A DNA stretch of 64,000 nt, taken from positions 136,266 to 200,265 of the forward strand of contig DAHWMK010000022.1 of assembly GCA_027343225.1 (NCBI GenBank). The letters are read 5' to 3'. Source of the DNA: Thermoplasmatales archaeon. Lineage in GTDB: Archaea > Thermoplasmatota > Thermoplasmata > Thermoplasmatales > GCA-001856825. Of this stretch, positions 19,156 to 28,248 are shown piece by piece. A program made the position numbers and the translations under genes. The notes below the pieces were generated by a model. It was not told where the DNA came from, did not search any database, and worked only from the letters and a program-made list of their open reading frames with translations. Numbering within the stretch: position 1 is the first letter of the stretch; each line of letters opens with the position of its first letter.

Positions 19156-19952
19156 TCTACCCAAAGGTCCTCAGAGAAAATCCTGAATCCCAGATTGGAA
19201 TAGGCCTTGACAGCGGGTCCGTTTTCTTTATTAACGAACAGAATGGCTTTGTCCAGATTGCTGTAGTGATCAAGCATCGAAGATAACAACTTCTGGACAT
19301 ATCCCTTGTTTCTCATCGTCGGGTCAGTAAAAACTGAGGATACGACGAACCAGTCCTTCCAGATCGCTCCAAGAGTTGCAACGCTGACCAGAGCTCCACC
19401 TACAAAATAACCAAAGACAGTACTATAGTTCAGGAGATTTCTGTATTCCTCTAGATCCATAGTTTTGAATCTAGTGTTTTCCCACTGCGAAATCAGTTTG
19501 GCGTACTGAGTGTACTTGTCCTGCGTCAGCAGTTTTACGTTATCGTCGTGAGTTCCAGCTGGTCTCTCGTTGACCATACAGTATTCCCTGTAAACATTTG
19601 GTGCGTCTGAAAATAAGCTAAGATTGTCATGGTACCTTACGTGAATGACCGAATTGCTCCTGTCCACATATTTTAAAAGGGCTTCTTCAGAATCGTTGTC
19701 CCCATAGAGCCATATATCTTTTATACCCGTAGAGTGATAATAATTCAATAATACCCCAGTAGTCTCGTTTCCCGCTCTGGAGTAAAGAAAAGAACTGCTC
19801 CCAAGGAGGAAATTGAAATTATCTAGGTCAAAGAGCATGTAGAAGTTGTCATAGTCGTTCTTTAGGAACTTCATGAGTTTCTGTTTTTCAAACCATCCTT
19901 CAAGTTTTTTGACCTCTACAGCCATTAATTCTTCAAGTACCCAATCAGACAA
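19131..19952 (-). CDS. GNAT-family N-acetyltransferase with an uncharacterised N-terminal domain
   Basis: 273 aa. The C-terminal acetyl-CoA-binding region is TDPTMRNKGYVQKLLSSML...NGPAVKAYSNLGF. The start is either TTG 19952 or ATG 19925. Confidence 0.7.
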   Translation of the reverse strand: MSDWVLEELMAVEVKKLEGWFEKQKLMKFLKNDYDNFYMLFDLDNFNFLLGSSSFLYSRAGNETTGVLLNYYHSTGIKDIWLYGDNDSEEALLKYVDRSNSVIHVRYHDNLSLFSDAPNVYREYCMVNERPAGTHDDNVKLLTQDKYTQYAKLISQWENTRFKTMDLEEYRNLLNYSTVFGYFVGGALVSVATLGAIWKDWFVVSSVFTDPTMRNKGYVQKLLSSMLDHYSNLDKAILFVNKENGPAVKAYSNLGFRIFSEDLWVDYGTGLVP

Positions 19953-19986
19953 TATTTAACTATTTTGTTGTGATAAAGGAATACCT

Positions 19987-20886
19987 ATGAATATGCTTCA
20001 CATCAGCGAAAATTCAATGGTTGCCCTTCAAGAGGTCAAGAATGACCTGAGCGGCAAGTTTTACTGGAAGTTCTCCAGCCCCAACCTTGAAGGATCAACC
20101 TTCCATCTGCTGAATATAAATGGGAAGCTGCTTCGACCTACTCTAGTTTTCGTAGGTGCCGAATCCGTTGGACTTAACTCACTTAAATTCGTAAATCTGG
20201 CAATAGCTATCGAATACCTGCACATCTCGTCCCTGATCCACGACGATATAATAGATAAGGACGACATGAGAAGGGGAATAGAGACTGTCCACAAGAAATA
20301 CGGAATAGAGAATGCGATTCTCGCGGGGGACGCCCTAATCGCAAGGGCTGTCGCTCTCTCGTCAGTGTACGGGGAAAACGTGGTCAAGCGGATTGCAGAG
20401 GCTGCATTCCAGATGTGTGACGGAGAATCTATGGACTTCTGCACGCAGAGAAGGAATGTTGAAATGAACCTAGACAACTACCTGGACATAGCAAGGAAGA
20501 AGACTGCATCCCTGATATCAACATCAATCAGCATTGCAGCAATAAGTGAAAAGATGGATGAAAACCTAACCAGCAGGTTAGGAAGGGCGGGTGAGATGTT
20601 GGGAATAGCGTTCCAGGTCAGAGATGACGTAATAAACTCCGTTGGTTCTTTCGAACTAGGGAAGAGACCGGGAAATGATGACAAGAAATTCAATCGCCCG
20701 AATATCGTTTCTGTTTTCGAGAATGGTGGAGAAAACAAGAAGGACGCAATTGAAAAATCCATTAACCTAATGTCAAGCAACGTAAAGAATGCGATCCAGG
20801 AACTTTCGGAATTCGAAAAGATCAATTACATTAAGAAAATAATTGCAGCATACTTCAGCGAAGAAGACCTAAGAAAATATCTATAG
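19987..20886 (+). CDS. trans-polyprenyl diphosphate synthase (GGPP/long-chain synthase family)
   Basis: 299 aa. First DDxxD region is LIHDDIIDKDDMRRG. The second Asp-rich motif is FQVRDDVIN. Confidence 0.85.
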   Translation: MNMLHISENSMVALQEVKNDLSGKFYWKFSSPNLEGSTFHLLNINGKLLRPTLVFVGAESVGLNSLKFVNLAIAIEYLHISSLIHDDIIDKDDMRRGIETVHKKYGIENAILAGDALIARAVALSSVYGENVVKRIAEAAFQMCDGESMDFCTQRRNVEMNLDNYLDIARKKTASLISTSISIAAISEKMDENLTSRLGRAGEMLGIAFQVRDDVINSVGSFELGKRPGNDDKKFNRPNIVSVFENGGENKKDAIEKSINLMSSNVKNAIQELSEFEKINYIKKIIAAYFSEEDLRKYL

Positions 20887-20905
20887 TTTCCATGTATAGT
20901 CGTCC

Positions 20906-21457
20906 ATGGAATACGTTCTTGCAATAACGGGAGCATCAGGCATTGCATATGGAGTAGACATTTTGAAGAAGCTTCCATCCAGGAAAGTGCTCATTCTGTC
21001 GAAGGGTGCACTAGAAGTTGCGAGATATGAATTGAAGGATCAGGTGAAGGAACGCACCCTGAGAAGGTATGCAGACGAGACTTACGGCGAGGAAGATTTT
21101 GGAGCTCCAATTGCGTCCGGTTCCCACAAGTACGATGCGTTCATTATAGCTCCAGCTTCAATGAACACGGTCGGTAAGATAGCGGCAGGGATATCGGACA
21201 ATCTTGTCACGAGGGTTGCTTCCATCTCTCTGAAGGAGAGAAGAAAGTTGGTTATTGTATTCAGGGAGATGCCTCTTAGCACAATACATCTCAAGAACCT
21301 CTTGACGCTTTCCGAAGCGGGTGCATACATTCTTCCAGCAAGTCCAGGATTTTATCACGGTCCCAACAAAATGGATGATCTTTTCGGGTTTGTGACGTCA
21401 AGAGTTCTGGATATAATTGGGGTGGAAAACAATCTTATCAGGAGATGGGGAGAATAA
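20906..21457 (+). CDS. ubiX: Flavin prenyltransferase UbiX
   Basis: 183 aa. ITGASGIAYG..., APASMNTVGKIAAGISDNLVTR and typical UbiX/Pad1 length. Confidence 0.88.
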   Translation: MEYVLAITGASGIAYGVDILKKLPSRKVLILSKGALEVARYELKDQVKERTLRRYADETYGEEDFGAPIASGSHKYDAFIIAPASMNTVGKIAAGISDNLVTRVASISLKERRKLVIVFREMPLSTIHLKNLLTLSEAGAYILPASPGFYHGPNKMDDLFGFVTSRVLDIIGVENNLIRRWGE

Positions 21458-21542
21458 ATCCATCTTCATTCTAAATTTTTTTTTTCAAAGATATTTTCTG
21501 ACCAATAGACAAAATTTATTAACGCTCAATTCTTTTCTTGTG

Positions 21543-21743
21543 ATGGTTTCTTCTCACTGCCTAATATGCGGCGAAGTAGTTGTCTCCGGTCTTTATTGCC
21601 ATAACTGTTTATGGGAAATAAAGAGGATAAGACTCAAAAACGAGGAAGACCTGGACACCTGGATGAAGGGCAGCATGCAGTCCTTCAGGAAGATACCATA
21701 CCACGAGAATCTTAGAACACTTGACTCTTTCAGTAGTCCGTGA
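21543..21743 (+). CDS. Small zinc-ribbon protein (hypothetical)
   Basis: An internal ATG of track ORF 21417..21743 gives MVSSHCLICGEVVVSGLYCHNCLWEIKR... (CxxC-x9-CxxC). The upstream part of the track ORF overlaps the ubiX 3' end and a T-rich spacer. Confidence 0.4.
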   Translation: MVSSHCLICGEVVVSGLYCHNCLWEIKRIRLKNEEDLDTWMKGSMQSFRKIPYHENLRTLDSFSSP

Positions 21744-21939
21744 TGTTGTACTTTTCCTTGAACTCCTGAAACTTCTGCCTGCTGTCTATTCCATATTTCT
21801 GTGAGATCTCTTCCATCATTTTTGTTCTAGAGTTGTCCCATTCTTCACTGAGTAGCATCATCCTCTTTCTTTCCGGTGAGAATACTATCTCCTCTCCCTC
21901 TCTCTTCAGTTCTCTCAGGATCTCAAAGTCCTCTGTCAT
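21730..21939 (-). CDS. Hypothetical 69-aa charged helical protein, last ORF of the nuo transcription unit
   Basis: Its ATG overlaps the stop of the upstream ORF (ATGA at 21936-21939). The sequence is hydrophilic and Glu/Lys-rich. Confidence 0.5.
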   Translation of the reverse strand: MTEDFEILRELKREGEEIVFSPERKRMMLLSEEWDNSRTKMMEEISQKYGIDSRQKFQEFKEKYNITDY

Positions 21940-22235
21940 CTGTCATTGCACCTCTTCGAATCGAATTTAGGATATGCAACGTCATACCTGTTCATGGAGT
22001 AAAGGAACCGAAAGTAGATGGCGAGTTTCTCCCTCTCATCACCATCAATTTCCATTATCTTCTGCTTTATCTTCTCAGGTTCAACGTTGTTCTTCAGTGC
22101 ATCCAGGAGTACCTGGGAGACCTGAGAATAGAATCCTTTCCCCTTCGATGCCCGTTCCAGGAAGTGCTCCGCCCTCTTTACCTCTCCAGCTATCATCTCC
22201 GTTTCATACATCTGGAAGTATGCGTCCTCTAGCAT
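21936..22235 (-). CDS. Hypothetical 99-aa soluble protein directly abutting nuoN
   Basis: It starts on the base after the nuoN stop (22236/22235). No TM segments and no family recognised. Confidence 0.55.
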   Translation of the reverse strand: MLEDAYFQMYETEMIAGEVKRAEHFLERASKGKGFYSQVSQVLLDALKNNVEPEKIKQKIMEIDGDEREKLAIYFRFLYSMNRYDVAYPKFDSKRCNDR

Positions 22236-23648
22236 TTACAGGCCTCCCATCAGGAATGGAATTATGTTTGGAAAGATGTTCTGTGCAAAGGCGTATACGA
22301 GGAAGTACAATATACCGAATAGCACAGTCAGAAATGCAGATGTGTAGAGAAGGTAGTTGTTTGGAACCTTTTCCTTCTTACCATCTCTCCAGAACATGAA
22401 CATTATGACTCTCCCGTAATAGTAAAAGGAAACGACCGAATTGATTACGGATATTATCACTACTAGGTACGCCAGCGGAGTGCCCGTTGATAGAACGGAG
22501 AGGAATAGGAAGTACTTTCCTATGAATCCAAGAGTGCCCGGGAAACCGGCAAGCGACAGAAGGAGTATTGCGAAGGAAACGGCGAATATTGGGTTCCTCT
22601 TCCACATGCCCGAGAAATTGTCTATGTCAAAGTTCCCGAGGCTGTCGAGAGAGAGGAAGGAGCCACCTTTCATGAAGCCGTATGCGAGAGCATACAGGAA
22701 CAGGCTAATCACAGCAAGATGATATGCGCCCGTACCCGCAGCAAGGAAGACCACAGACAGGTATCCCGCCTGAGCTATCGATGAATATGCCAACATCCTC
22801 TTGACGTTGTTCTGGGATATCGCAACCACATTTCCAAAAGTCATCGTAAGGATTGCGATTATTGCAAATATGATCTTGAGGTAGGGGAAGAAGGATGGGG
22901 AATTGAAAAAGATGTTGAACAGTACCACGAGGGTCATGATCTTGGAACTCGTGCTCAGGTAGGATGAGATCGGGTTTGATGTACCGGTATAGGTATCTAT
23001 TGCCCATCCATGCAGAGGGAATACTGCGAGCTTGAAGCCAAACCCAAAGACCAACAGTCCCATGGCCAGGAAATAGACGCTCTGGAATGAAGGACTTGCT
23101 CCCAGTGAGAGACTCCCCGTAGCGATGTAATAGAGCGAGATTCCGAAGACTATCAGGCCAGTGGAAAATGCACCGATGATGAAGTACTTCACGGCTGCTT
23201 CGAGCTCACTGTCTGACTTCCCATAGGCTGCCAGAACGTAAGTCGGGATGGATACGCCTTCGAAGGCTACAAATATGAAAAGGAGGTTGTACGATGTTAT
23301 TGCCAACAGCATGAAACCCAGGGAGACCAGGAATATGAAAATCATCAGGCCGGGCTTCTTGCTCAGAGGAGATTTCGCTATTCCTACCATGGACAGAATA
23401 CCGGGGATCAATATCGCTATGAAGAAAAGCTCGGAGAAACCCGAAAGGAGGATCGTGCCGTTTGCTATCGAAATACTGGTAGAGCCGTTGAGGAATGTAA
23501 GGAGCAGTGATGCCGCAGCGAATATTCCCCCTATTGCCACCAGTACTATCCTGTTCTCGGAGACCAGGCTTACAAAAAGTGCAACGAATGCTCCTATGAA
23601 CAGCACAAACACGTTCCAAAGGTAGTCATAATTTCCAAGTACGATCAT
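22236..23648 (-). CDS. nuoN: NADH:quinone oxidoreductase subunit N
   Basis: 470 aa polytopic antiporter-like subunit, in last position of the nuoL-M-N order, with a 4-nt overlap with nuoM. Confidence 0.9.
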   Translation of the reverse strand: MIVLGNYDYLWNVFVLFIGAFVALFVSLVSENRIVLVAIGGIFAAASLLLTFLNGSTSISIANGTILLSGFSELFFIAILIPGILSMVGIAKSPLSKKPGLMIFIFLVSLGFMLLAITSYNLLFIFVAFEGVSIPTYVLAAYGKSDSELEAAVKYFIIGAFSTGLIVFGISLYYIATGSLSLGASPSFQSVYFLAMGLLVFGFGFKLAVFPLHGWAIDTYTGTSNPISSYLSTSSKIMTLVVLFNIFFNSPSFFPYLKIIFAIIAILTMTFGNVVAISQNNVKRMLAYSSIAQAGYLSVVFLAAGTGAYHLAVISLFLYALAYGFMKGGSFLSLDSLGNFDIDNFSGMWKRNPIFAVSFAILLLSLAGFPGTLGFIGKYFLFLSVLSTGTPLAYLVVIISVINSVVSFYYYGRVIMFMFWRDGKKEKVPNNYLLYTSAFLTVLFGILYFLVYAFAQNIFPNIIPFLMGGL

Positions 23649-25099
23649 GGATGAATCCCTCCCAAAAACTGGATTGCATGGATATTGAAGATGTGGAACA
23701 CCAAGGCAGGGTATATACCGAGCAAAAATATGAGGGCAAGCGGCAGGATCGCTACGAGTAGTTCTTCTCTTCTGGCACTAACATTCCCCAAAAACTCGTT
23801 GTACGGTCCGAAGATGGTCCTCTGTAGTGCAAAGACGTGATACGAAGCTGTAAGCACAACGCCTGCAAGCACGAATATTAGATAGTATTTCAGAACTGCA
23901 TAACTGCCGAGAAGAATCGATATCTCCCCCACAAAACCGGAGAAGCCCGGGATCGCAACGGAGGCGAGGAACGCAGCCAAGATGAGGAATGAGAGACCCG
24001 GCAGCTTCCTCGCAAGCCCGCCAAGTGAAGGGATTTGCCTTGTGCCAGTAGATTTCTCTAGGGTGTCAACGAGCGAGAATATCATCGCGATTATGATTCC
24101 GTGTGAAATCAGCTGGAACACGGCACCGTAGTATAAAAGCTGTGATGCTAGAGGATTAGAACCGTTTAGGTAGAGGAAGCCTCCAACAGCAATTGTTATG
24201 AATGACATATGCCCGATACTGGTGTAGCTCATCATTCTCTTGAGGTCCTTCTGATAGAGTGCAACCAGTGCCGAGTAAATCAGTGAAAAAATCCCGAGAG
24301 TAATCAGGGCAATTGGGACGAGGGCACTGCCAGCTAGTGAGGAAGCCATGAAGATTGGTGAGAATATCACCAGAAGTCCGAATGCACCCATCTTTGAGAG
24401 AAGCGAGGATATGAACACAGTTCCCTCGTAAGGCGCTTCCACGTACGCATCAGGCATCCAGGAGTGAAGCGGTATGGTAGGGAGTTTAATCAGGAAAGCA
24501 AACAGGAAACCGAATATCACGAATGCTTGATACGGAAAAGCAATTGTGCTCATACCAGAGGTGAGAGCGGTCATGGAGAAGCTTGACGCTCCCTCTGCAA
24601 AGAACATTGTGAATATCGCCAGTAGCATGAAGACGGACCCGACGTGAGTATAGATGAAGAACTTCATGGCCGCGTAGTTCTTGTTCTTTCCACCCCATAT
24701 ACCTATGACGAAGAACGAGGGGATGAGGACCATTTCCCAGAATATGTAAAATACGATGAAGTCCCTTGCCGTGAAGATACCGATCAGCGAAAAGAGCAGG
24801 AACTGAAGGAGAACAAAGAAACCAGGAGTGCTCTTGTATCTCAACGGTATGAAGATTCCTATGATTGATATGAGTACCAAAAGGACCGAACTTACAAAGT
24901 TCAGCTGGAACGTGAGTGAAAGTATTGAAAGAGTGCCGTAGTTGAAGTTTGTAAGAGTCAGATTGTTGAAAAACAGGAATATTAATATCGCTACAGAGAA
25001 GAGTATGGTCAGATACCTTGATGCCCTGCCCCTTATGACTGCGGACGCTACTATGATGATGGCAAGAATCAGGAACAGGTCGCTGATCTGGGATGTCAA
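23645..25099 (-). CDS. nuoM: NADH:quinone oxidoreductase subunit M
   Basis: 484 aa antiporter-like subunit with LPTIPLHSWMPDAYVEAP-type motifs. Confidence 0.9.
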   Translation of the reverse strand: MTSQISDLFLILAIIIVASAVIRGRASRYLTILFSVAILIFLFFNNLTLTNFNYGTLSILSLTFQLNFVSSVLLVLISIIGIFIPLRYKSTPGFFVLLQFLLFSLIGIFTARDFIVFYIFWEMVLIPSFFVIGIWGGKNKNYAAMKFFIYTHVGSVFMLLAIFTMFFAEGASSFSMTALTSGMSTIAFPYQAFVIFGFLFAFLIKLPTIPLHSWMPDAYVEAPYEGTVFISSLLSKMGAFGLLVIFSPIFMASSLAGSALVPIALITLGIFSLIYSALVALYQKDLKRMMSYTSIGHMSFITIAVGGFLYLNGSNPLASQLLYYGAVFQLISHGIIIAMIFSLVDTLEKSTGTRQIPSLGGLARKLPGLSFLILAAFLASVAIPGFSGFVGEISILLGSYAVLKYYLIFVLAGVVLTASYHVFALQRTIFGPYNEFLGNVSARREELLVAILPLALIFLLGIYPALVFHIFNIHAIQFLGGIHP

Positions 25100-26979
25100 T
25101 GTATCACCCCCGAGAGCATGAGAAGTCTTAGCAGAAGAAGTGCAAGTATCAACCCTATTAGAATTATAAGAGCATACTGCCTGGCAAGCCCCGTCTGAAT
25201 CTTCCTCAGTACCTTTCCAGAGTTTTGGAAGAGTTCTCCTGAAGCATCAACCAGTCCACCGATTGCCTTCCTCTCGAATCTGTCGGAAACAGCCGACAGT
25301 CCAATGACCCCTCTCTCGGCTATGACATTAGTGAAAAGCACATCTAGGAAGAACTTGTTCTTGACCAGAAGATAGAAATCCCGTGCTCCGCTCGCGACCT
25401 TTGCAGGTATGGTGGAACTTCTTCCCCAGGCATAGTAGGCAATTCCCATTCCGGCAAGCATAATTATTACAGGGACCAAGTCGGTGATGGTGAGTGGGGC
25501 TATTCCGAATGCACTTGTCACTGGTTTGTTCTCAACGAAGTCGTAAAATCCCTGCTGGAATATTCCAAATATAACGCTGAATGCAGCCAGAACCACAATC
25601 GGTACAAGCATGATCCAGCTCGATTCGTGTGCGTGCTCTGCAGGGTTGCTCCTGGGTTTTCCCAGTGCCACCTTGAAGAACATTCTGAACGCGTAAAGTG
25701 TTGTGAGGAATCCGCCTATTGCAAGAAGGGACCATGCAAATATCGACACCCCATAACTCGCAGTGATAATACTATCCTTGCTGAAGAAACCTGCAAAGCC
25801 TGGGAATCCGGACAGTGCCAGAGCACCGACGAACATCGATGTCACCGTCACTGGCATCTTCTTCCAGAGCCCACCCATCTTGTTGATGTCCCTGACGTTC
25901 ATGACTGCGTGTAGGATTGATCCAGCTGCTAGAAATAGAAGTGCCTTGAAGAACGCGTGAGCTTCGAGCTGATAAATGGAAAGACCTATGCTGGTCACTC
26001 CAAGACCAAGTCCCAGCGCTGCGACCATGTACCCTATCTGTCCTATTGTCGAATATGCTAGAATTCTTTTTATGTCGTTTACTACGAGACCAATCAGTCC
26101 GGACAGGATTATTGTCACGACACCTACGTAAAGTATGACGGTAAGCGCAGTAGGAGTCAGTATGCTCGTATCTATGGAATATACTCTTGCCATGAGATAG
26201 ACTCCTGCAGTGACCATCGTGGCAGCGTGTATGAGGGCAGAAACTGTGGTAGGTCCCTCCATTGCATCCGGAATCCATACGTGAAGCGGGAACTGAGCGC
26301 TCTTACCTATCGCTCCTCCGAACAGCAGAAGTGCGACAATAGTCCTCTGCCACTCGAGGTGAATTGCACCGAGTCCGCTGATCGAAAGGGCGCCGCCGGA
26401 TGAATACAGTATGGCAGCACCAATTCCAGCTATGAAGAAAACGTCTCCAACCCTGGTCACTATGAATGCCTTTTTTGCTGCAGATGCTGCGTTCGGTTTA
26501 TAGTGCCAGAATCCGATGAGCAGGTATGAGCAGAGTCCGACCAACTCCCAGAAGATGAACAGCATCAGGAGAGAAGAGGCGAGAACGAGACCAAGCATAG
26601 ATGAAGTGAAAAGGACCATTTCACCGAAAAAGACGTGTCTGTTGGGGTCTTCCTTCATGTATCCCACAGAAAAGAGGATTATCAGGAATCCTACGAAGGA
26701 GACCATTAGGGCCATTATCATGGACAGGTTATCAGCATAGACGCCAAGTGGAATTATTACAGGAAGTGAGGGCAGCCAGTTGAAGCTATACTGGATGATA
26801 GTGCCGTTGATAGTATATGTGAAGAAGAGAAAGATCGTGATGAGGAATGAGATGAAAATAAGTGCTGTTCCCAGATACATGGAGTAGTTCTTCTTGATGA
26901 ATCCGATTCCTATCACGAACGGAAATCCTATCAGAGGAAGTCCAAATATCAGGTAAGTCAGAATAATAGATAGATCCAT
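25096..26979 (-). CDS. nuoL: NADH:quinone oxidoreductase subunit L
   Basis: 627 aa. Contains AIGKSAQFPLHVWIPDAMEGPTTVSALIHAATMVTAGVYL and a C-terminal lateral-helix extension. Confidence 0.92.
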   Translation of the reverse strand: MDLSIILTYLIFGLPLIGFPFVIGIGFIKKNYSMYLGTALIFISFLITIFLFFTYTINGTIIQYSFNWLPSLPVIIPLGVYADNLSMIMALMVSFVGFLIILFSVGYMKEDPNRHVFFGEMVLFTSSMLGLVLASSLLMLFIFWELVGLCSYLLIGFWHYKPNAASAAKKAFIVTRVGDVFFIAGIGAAILYSSGGALSISGLGAIHLEWQRTIVALLLFGGAIGKSAQFPLHVWIPDAMEGPTTVSALIHAATMVTAGVYLMARVYSIDTSILTPTALTVILYVGVVTIILSGLIGLVVNDIKRILAYSTIGQIGYMVAALGLGLGVTSIGLSIYQLEAHAFFKALLFLAAGSILHAVMNVRDINKMGGLWKKMPVTVTSMFVGALALSGFPGFAGFFSKDSIITASYGVSIFAWSLLAIGGFLTTLYAFRMFFKVALGKPRSNPAEHAHESSWIMLVPIVVLAAFSVIFGIFQQGFYDFVENKPVTSAFGIAPLTITDLVPVIIMLAGMGIAYYAWGRSSTIPAKVASGARDFYLLVKNKFFLDVLFTNVIAERGVIGLSAVSDRFERKAIGGLVDASGELFQNSGKVLRKIQTGLARQYALIILIGLILALLLLRLLMLSGVIH

Positions 26980-26980
26980 T

Positions 26981-27310
26981 TCACCACCTCAACAGTTTCA
27001 GTACGTCCAGCCCGGCCGATCTCTTCTTCCTGAAAACTGCAACAAAGAGCGACATTGCAACCACAGTCTCCGCAGCAGCTATGACCAGAACAAAAAGAGT
27101 CATATCCGCTCCACCAGCGTTACCGTAGTAACTGGAGGCCCCAATGAGATTTATTAGGCCAGCATTTATCATGATTTCGACGGAAATCAGCGCCTTTACT
27201 ACTGTCCTAGAACTCAGGAAGGAATAGATTCCAATTGCAAGTATTGCAATAGATAGAAATTCCACGGCTCCAATGTTCATCGGTGCCGCTAATATGCTGG
27301 AAAGACTCAT
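26981..27310 (-). CDS. nuoK: NADH:quinone oxidoreductase subunit K
   Basis: 109 aa with 3 TM segments and the AAAETVVAMSL motif. Confidence 0.9.
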   Translation of the reverse strand: MSLSSILAAPMNIGAVEFLSIAILAIGIYSFLSSRTVVKALISVEIMINAGLINLIGASSYYGNAGGADMTLFVLVIAAAETVVAMSLFVAVFRKKRSAGLDVLKLLRW

Positions 27311-27546
27311 TTATTTTCACCCCTCTCACCTAGATACATTGCGCCAAGCATTGCTGCGACGAGAAGGAAAGTGACTACTTCGAACGGGAGGAGATAGGTC
27401 GTAAAGAGAGACTGTGTGATCCCGAAGCTGCCGGGGGTACCGGTATTGACGGGAATCGTTCCGTTTGGAAATACTCCAAACTGGATAAACGAAAGCATGA
27501 TCAGGAAGAGCAGTACTGATAGAACTAGGGCAAATTTATTCCGCAT
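27307..27546 (-). CDS. nuoJ: NADH:quinone oxidoreductase subunit J, C-terminal half (separate ORF)
   Basis: 79 aa. LFTTYLLPFEVVTFLLVAAMLGAMYL matches the conserved NuoJ C-terminal TM segment. Confidence 0.8.
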   Translation of the reverse strand: MRNKFALVLSVLLFLIMLSFIQFGVFPNGTIPVNTGTPGSFGITQSLFTTYLLPFEVVTFLLVAAMLGAMYLGERGENK

Positions 27547-27778
27547 CCTGATACCTCCTGGAAAGCATGACTGAAGTCAATATCAGCGTTATAATCGCAC
27601 CTGCGTAGACAAGAATCTGGATTGCAGATATGAAGTAATTCTCAAGGTAGAAAAATATTCCTGCAACATCCACCACCAGGAATGTCAGCCAGAGAGTGGA
27701 ATGCAGCAGGTTCTTGCTAGAAGCAGCCAGAGCTGCAGCGATTATGGCAAGCAGAGAAAGAATGTAAAATATTATCAT
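27536..27778 (-). CDS. nuoJ: NADH:quinone oxidoreductase subunit J, N-terminal half (separate ORF)
   Basis: ISAIQILVYAGAIITLILTSVML is the NuoJ TM3 signature. I prefer ATG 27778, which overlaps the nuoI stop (ATGA) and follows GGGGGGAGGAGAG. The track start is 27796. Confidence 0.8.
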   Translation of the reverse strand: MIIFYILSLLAIIAAALAASSKNLLHSTLWLTFLVVDVAGIFFYLENYFISAIQILVYAGAIITLILTSVMLSRRYQDAE

Positions 27779-28248
27779 TGTCTCTCCTCCCCCCATAGTT
27801 CTGATTCCTTTTTCCCAAGCTGCTCTGGAGTGTACCTAGTGTTCTTTCTGATGAAATGAACCTCCTCCACCTCTGGTTCCAGAGTAATTGCACCTGTCGG
27901 GCATATTTCTTCGCACAGGTTGCAGTGGATGCACGTTGAAACATCAACGCTAGGATAAATCTCCCTCTTGTTTGGATACTTTTTTTCAAATTCCTGTTTC
28001 TTATCGTGATGAAAATCAACCATTCTTATGGTACCGTTAGGACATATCTGTTCACACAGAGTGCATCCTATGCAAGTCTCAACGTTGAGGAAGACTCTTC
28101 CTGTTGTCCGTGTGGGATATTCGAGTTTCTCCTCCGGCACTTCCCTAGTTACCTTGGGTCTGAAACCTTGCTTGAACACGGTCCACACACCCTTGACTAC
28201 CCCGGGAATCCCCTGAAGAGGTCCAGGAAATTTTTGATCATCAGACAC
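27775..28248 (-). CDS. nuoI: NADH:quinone oxidoreductase subunit I (2x[4Fe-4S])
   Basis: 157 aa with two ferredoxin motifs, CIGCTLCEQICP and CIHCNLCEEICP. The GTG start overlaps the nuoH stop by 1 nt. Confidence 0.9.
   Translation of the reverse strand: MSDDQKFPGPLQGIPGVVKGVWTVFKQGFRPKVTREVPEEKLEYPTRTTGRVFLNVETCIGCTLCEQICPNGTIRMVDFHHDKKQEFEKKYPNKREIYPSVDVSTCIHCNLCEEICPTGAITLEPEVEEVHFIRKNTRYTPEQLGKKESELWGEERQ

Noticed and set aside
25772-26278. 168-aa minus-strand ORF, plus other 60-140-aa ORFs (25532..25735, 25627..25914, 23206..23619, 23248..23625, 22705..23007, 21974..22399), inside nuoL, nuoM and nuoN
   Set aside because: They lie in alternative frames or antisense within strongly supported, conserved membrane-subunit genes. 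Their Arg/His/Ser/Cys-rich composition is typical of off-frame translation.
27536-27546. Programmed frameshift joining the two nuoJ halves
   Set aside because: No slippery heptamer or downstream structure is evident. The second half has its own ATG, so a simple gene split (or a sequencing error) is more parsimonious.
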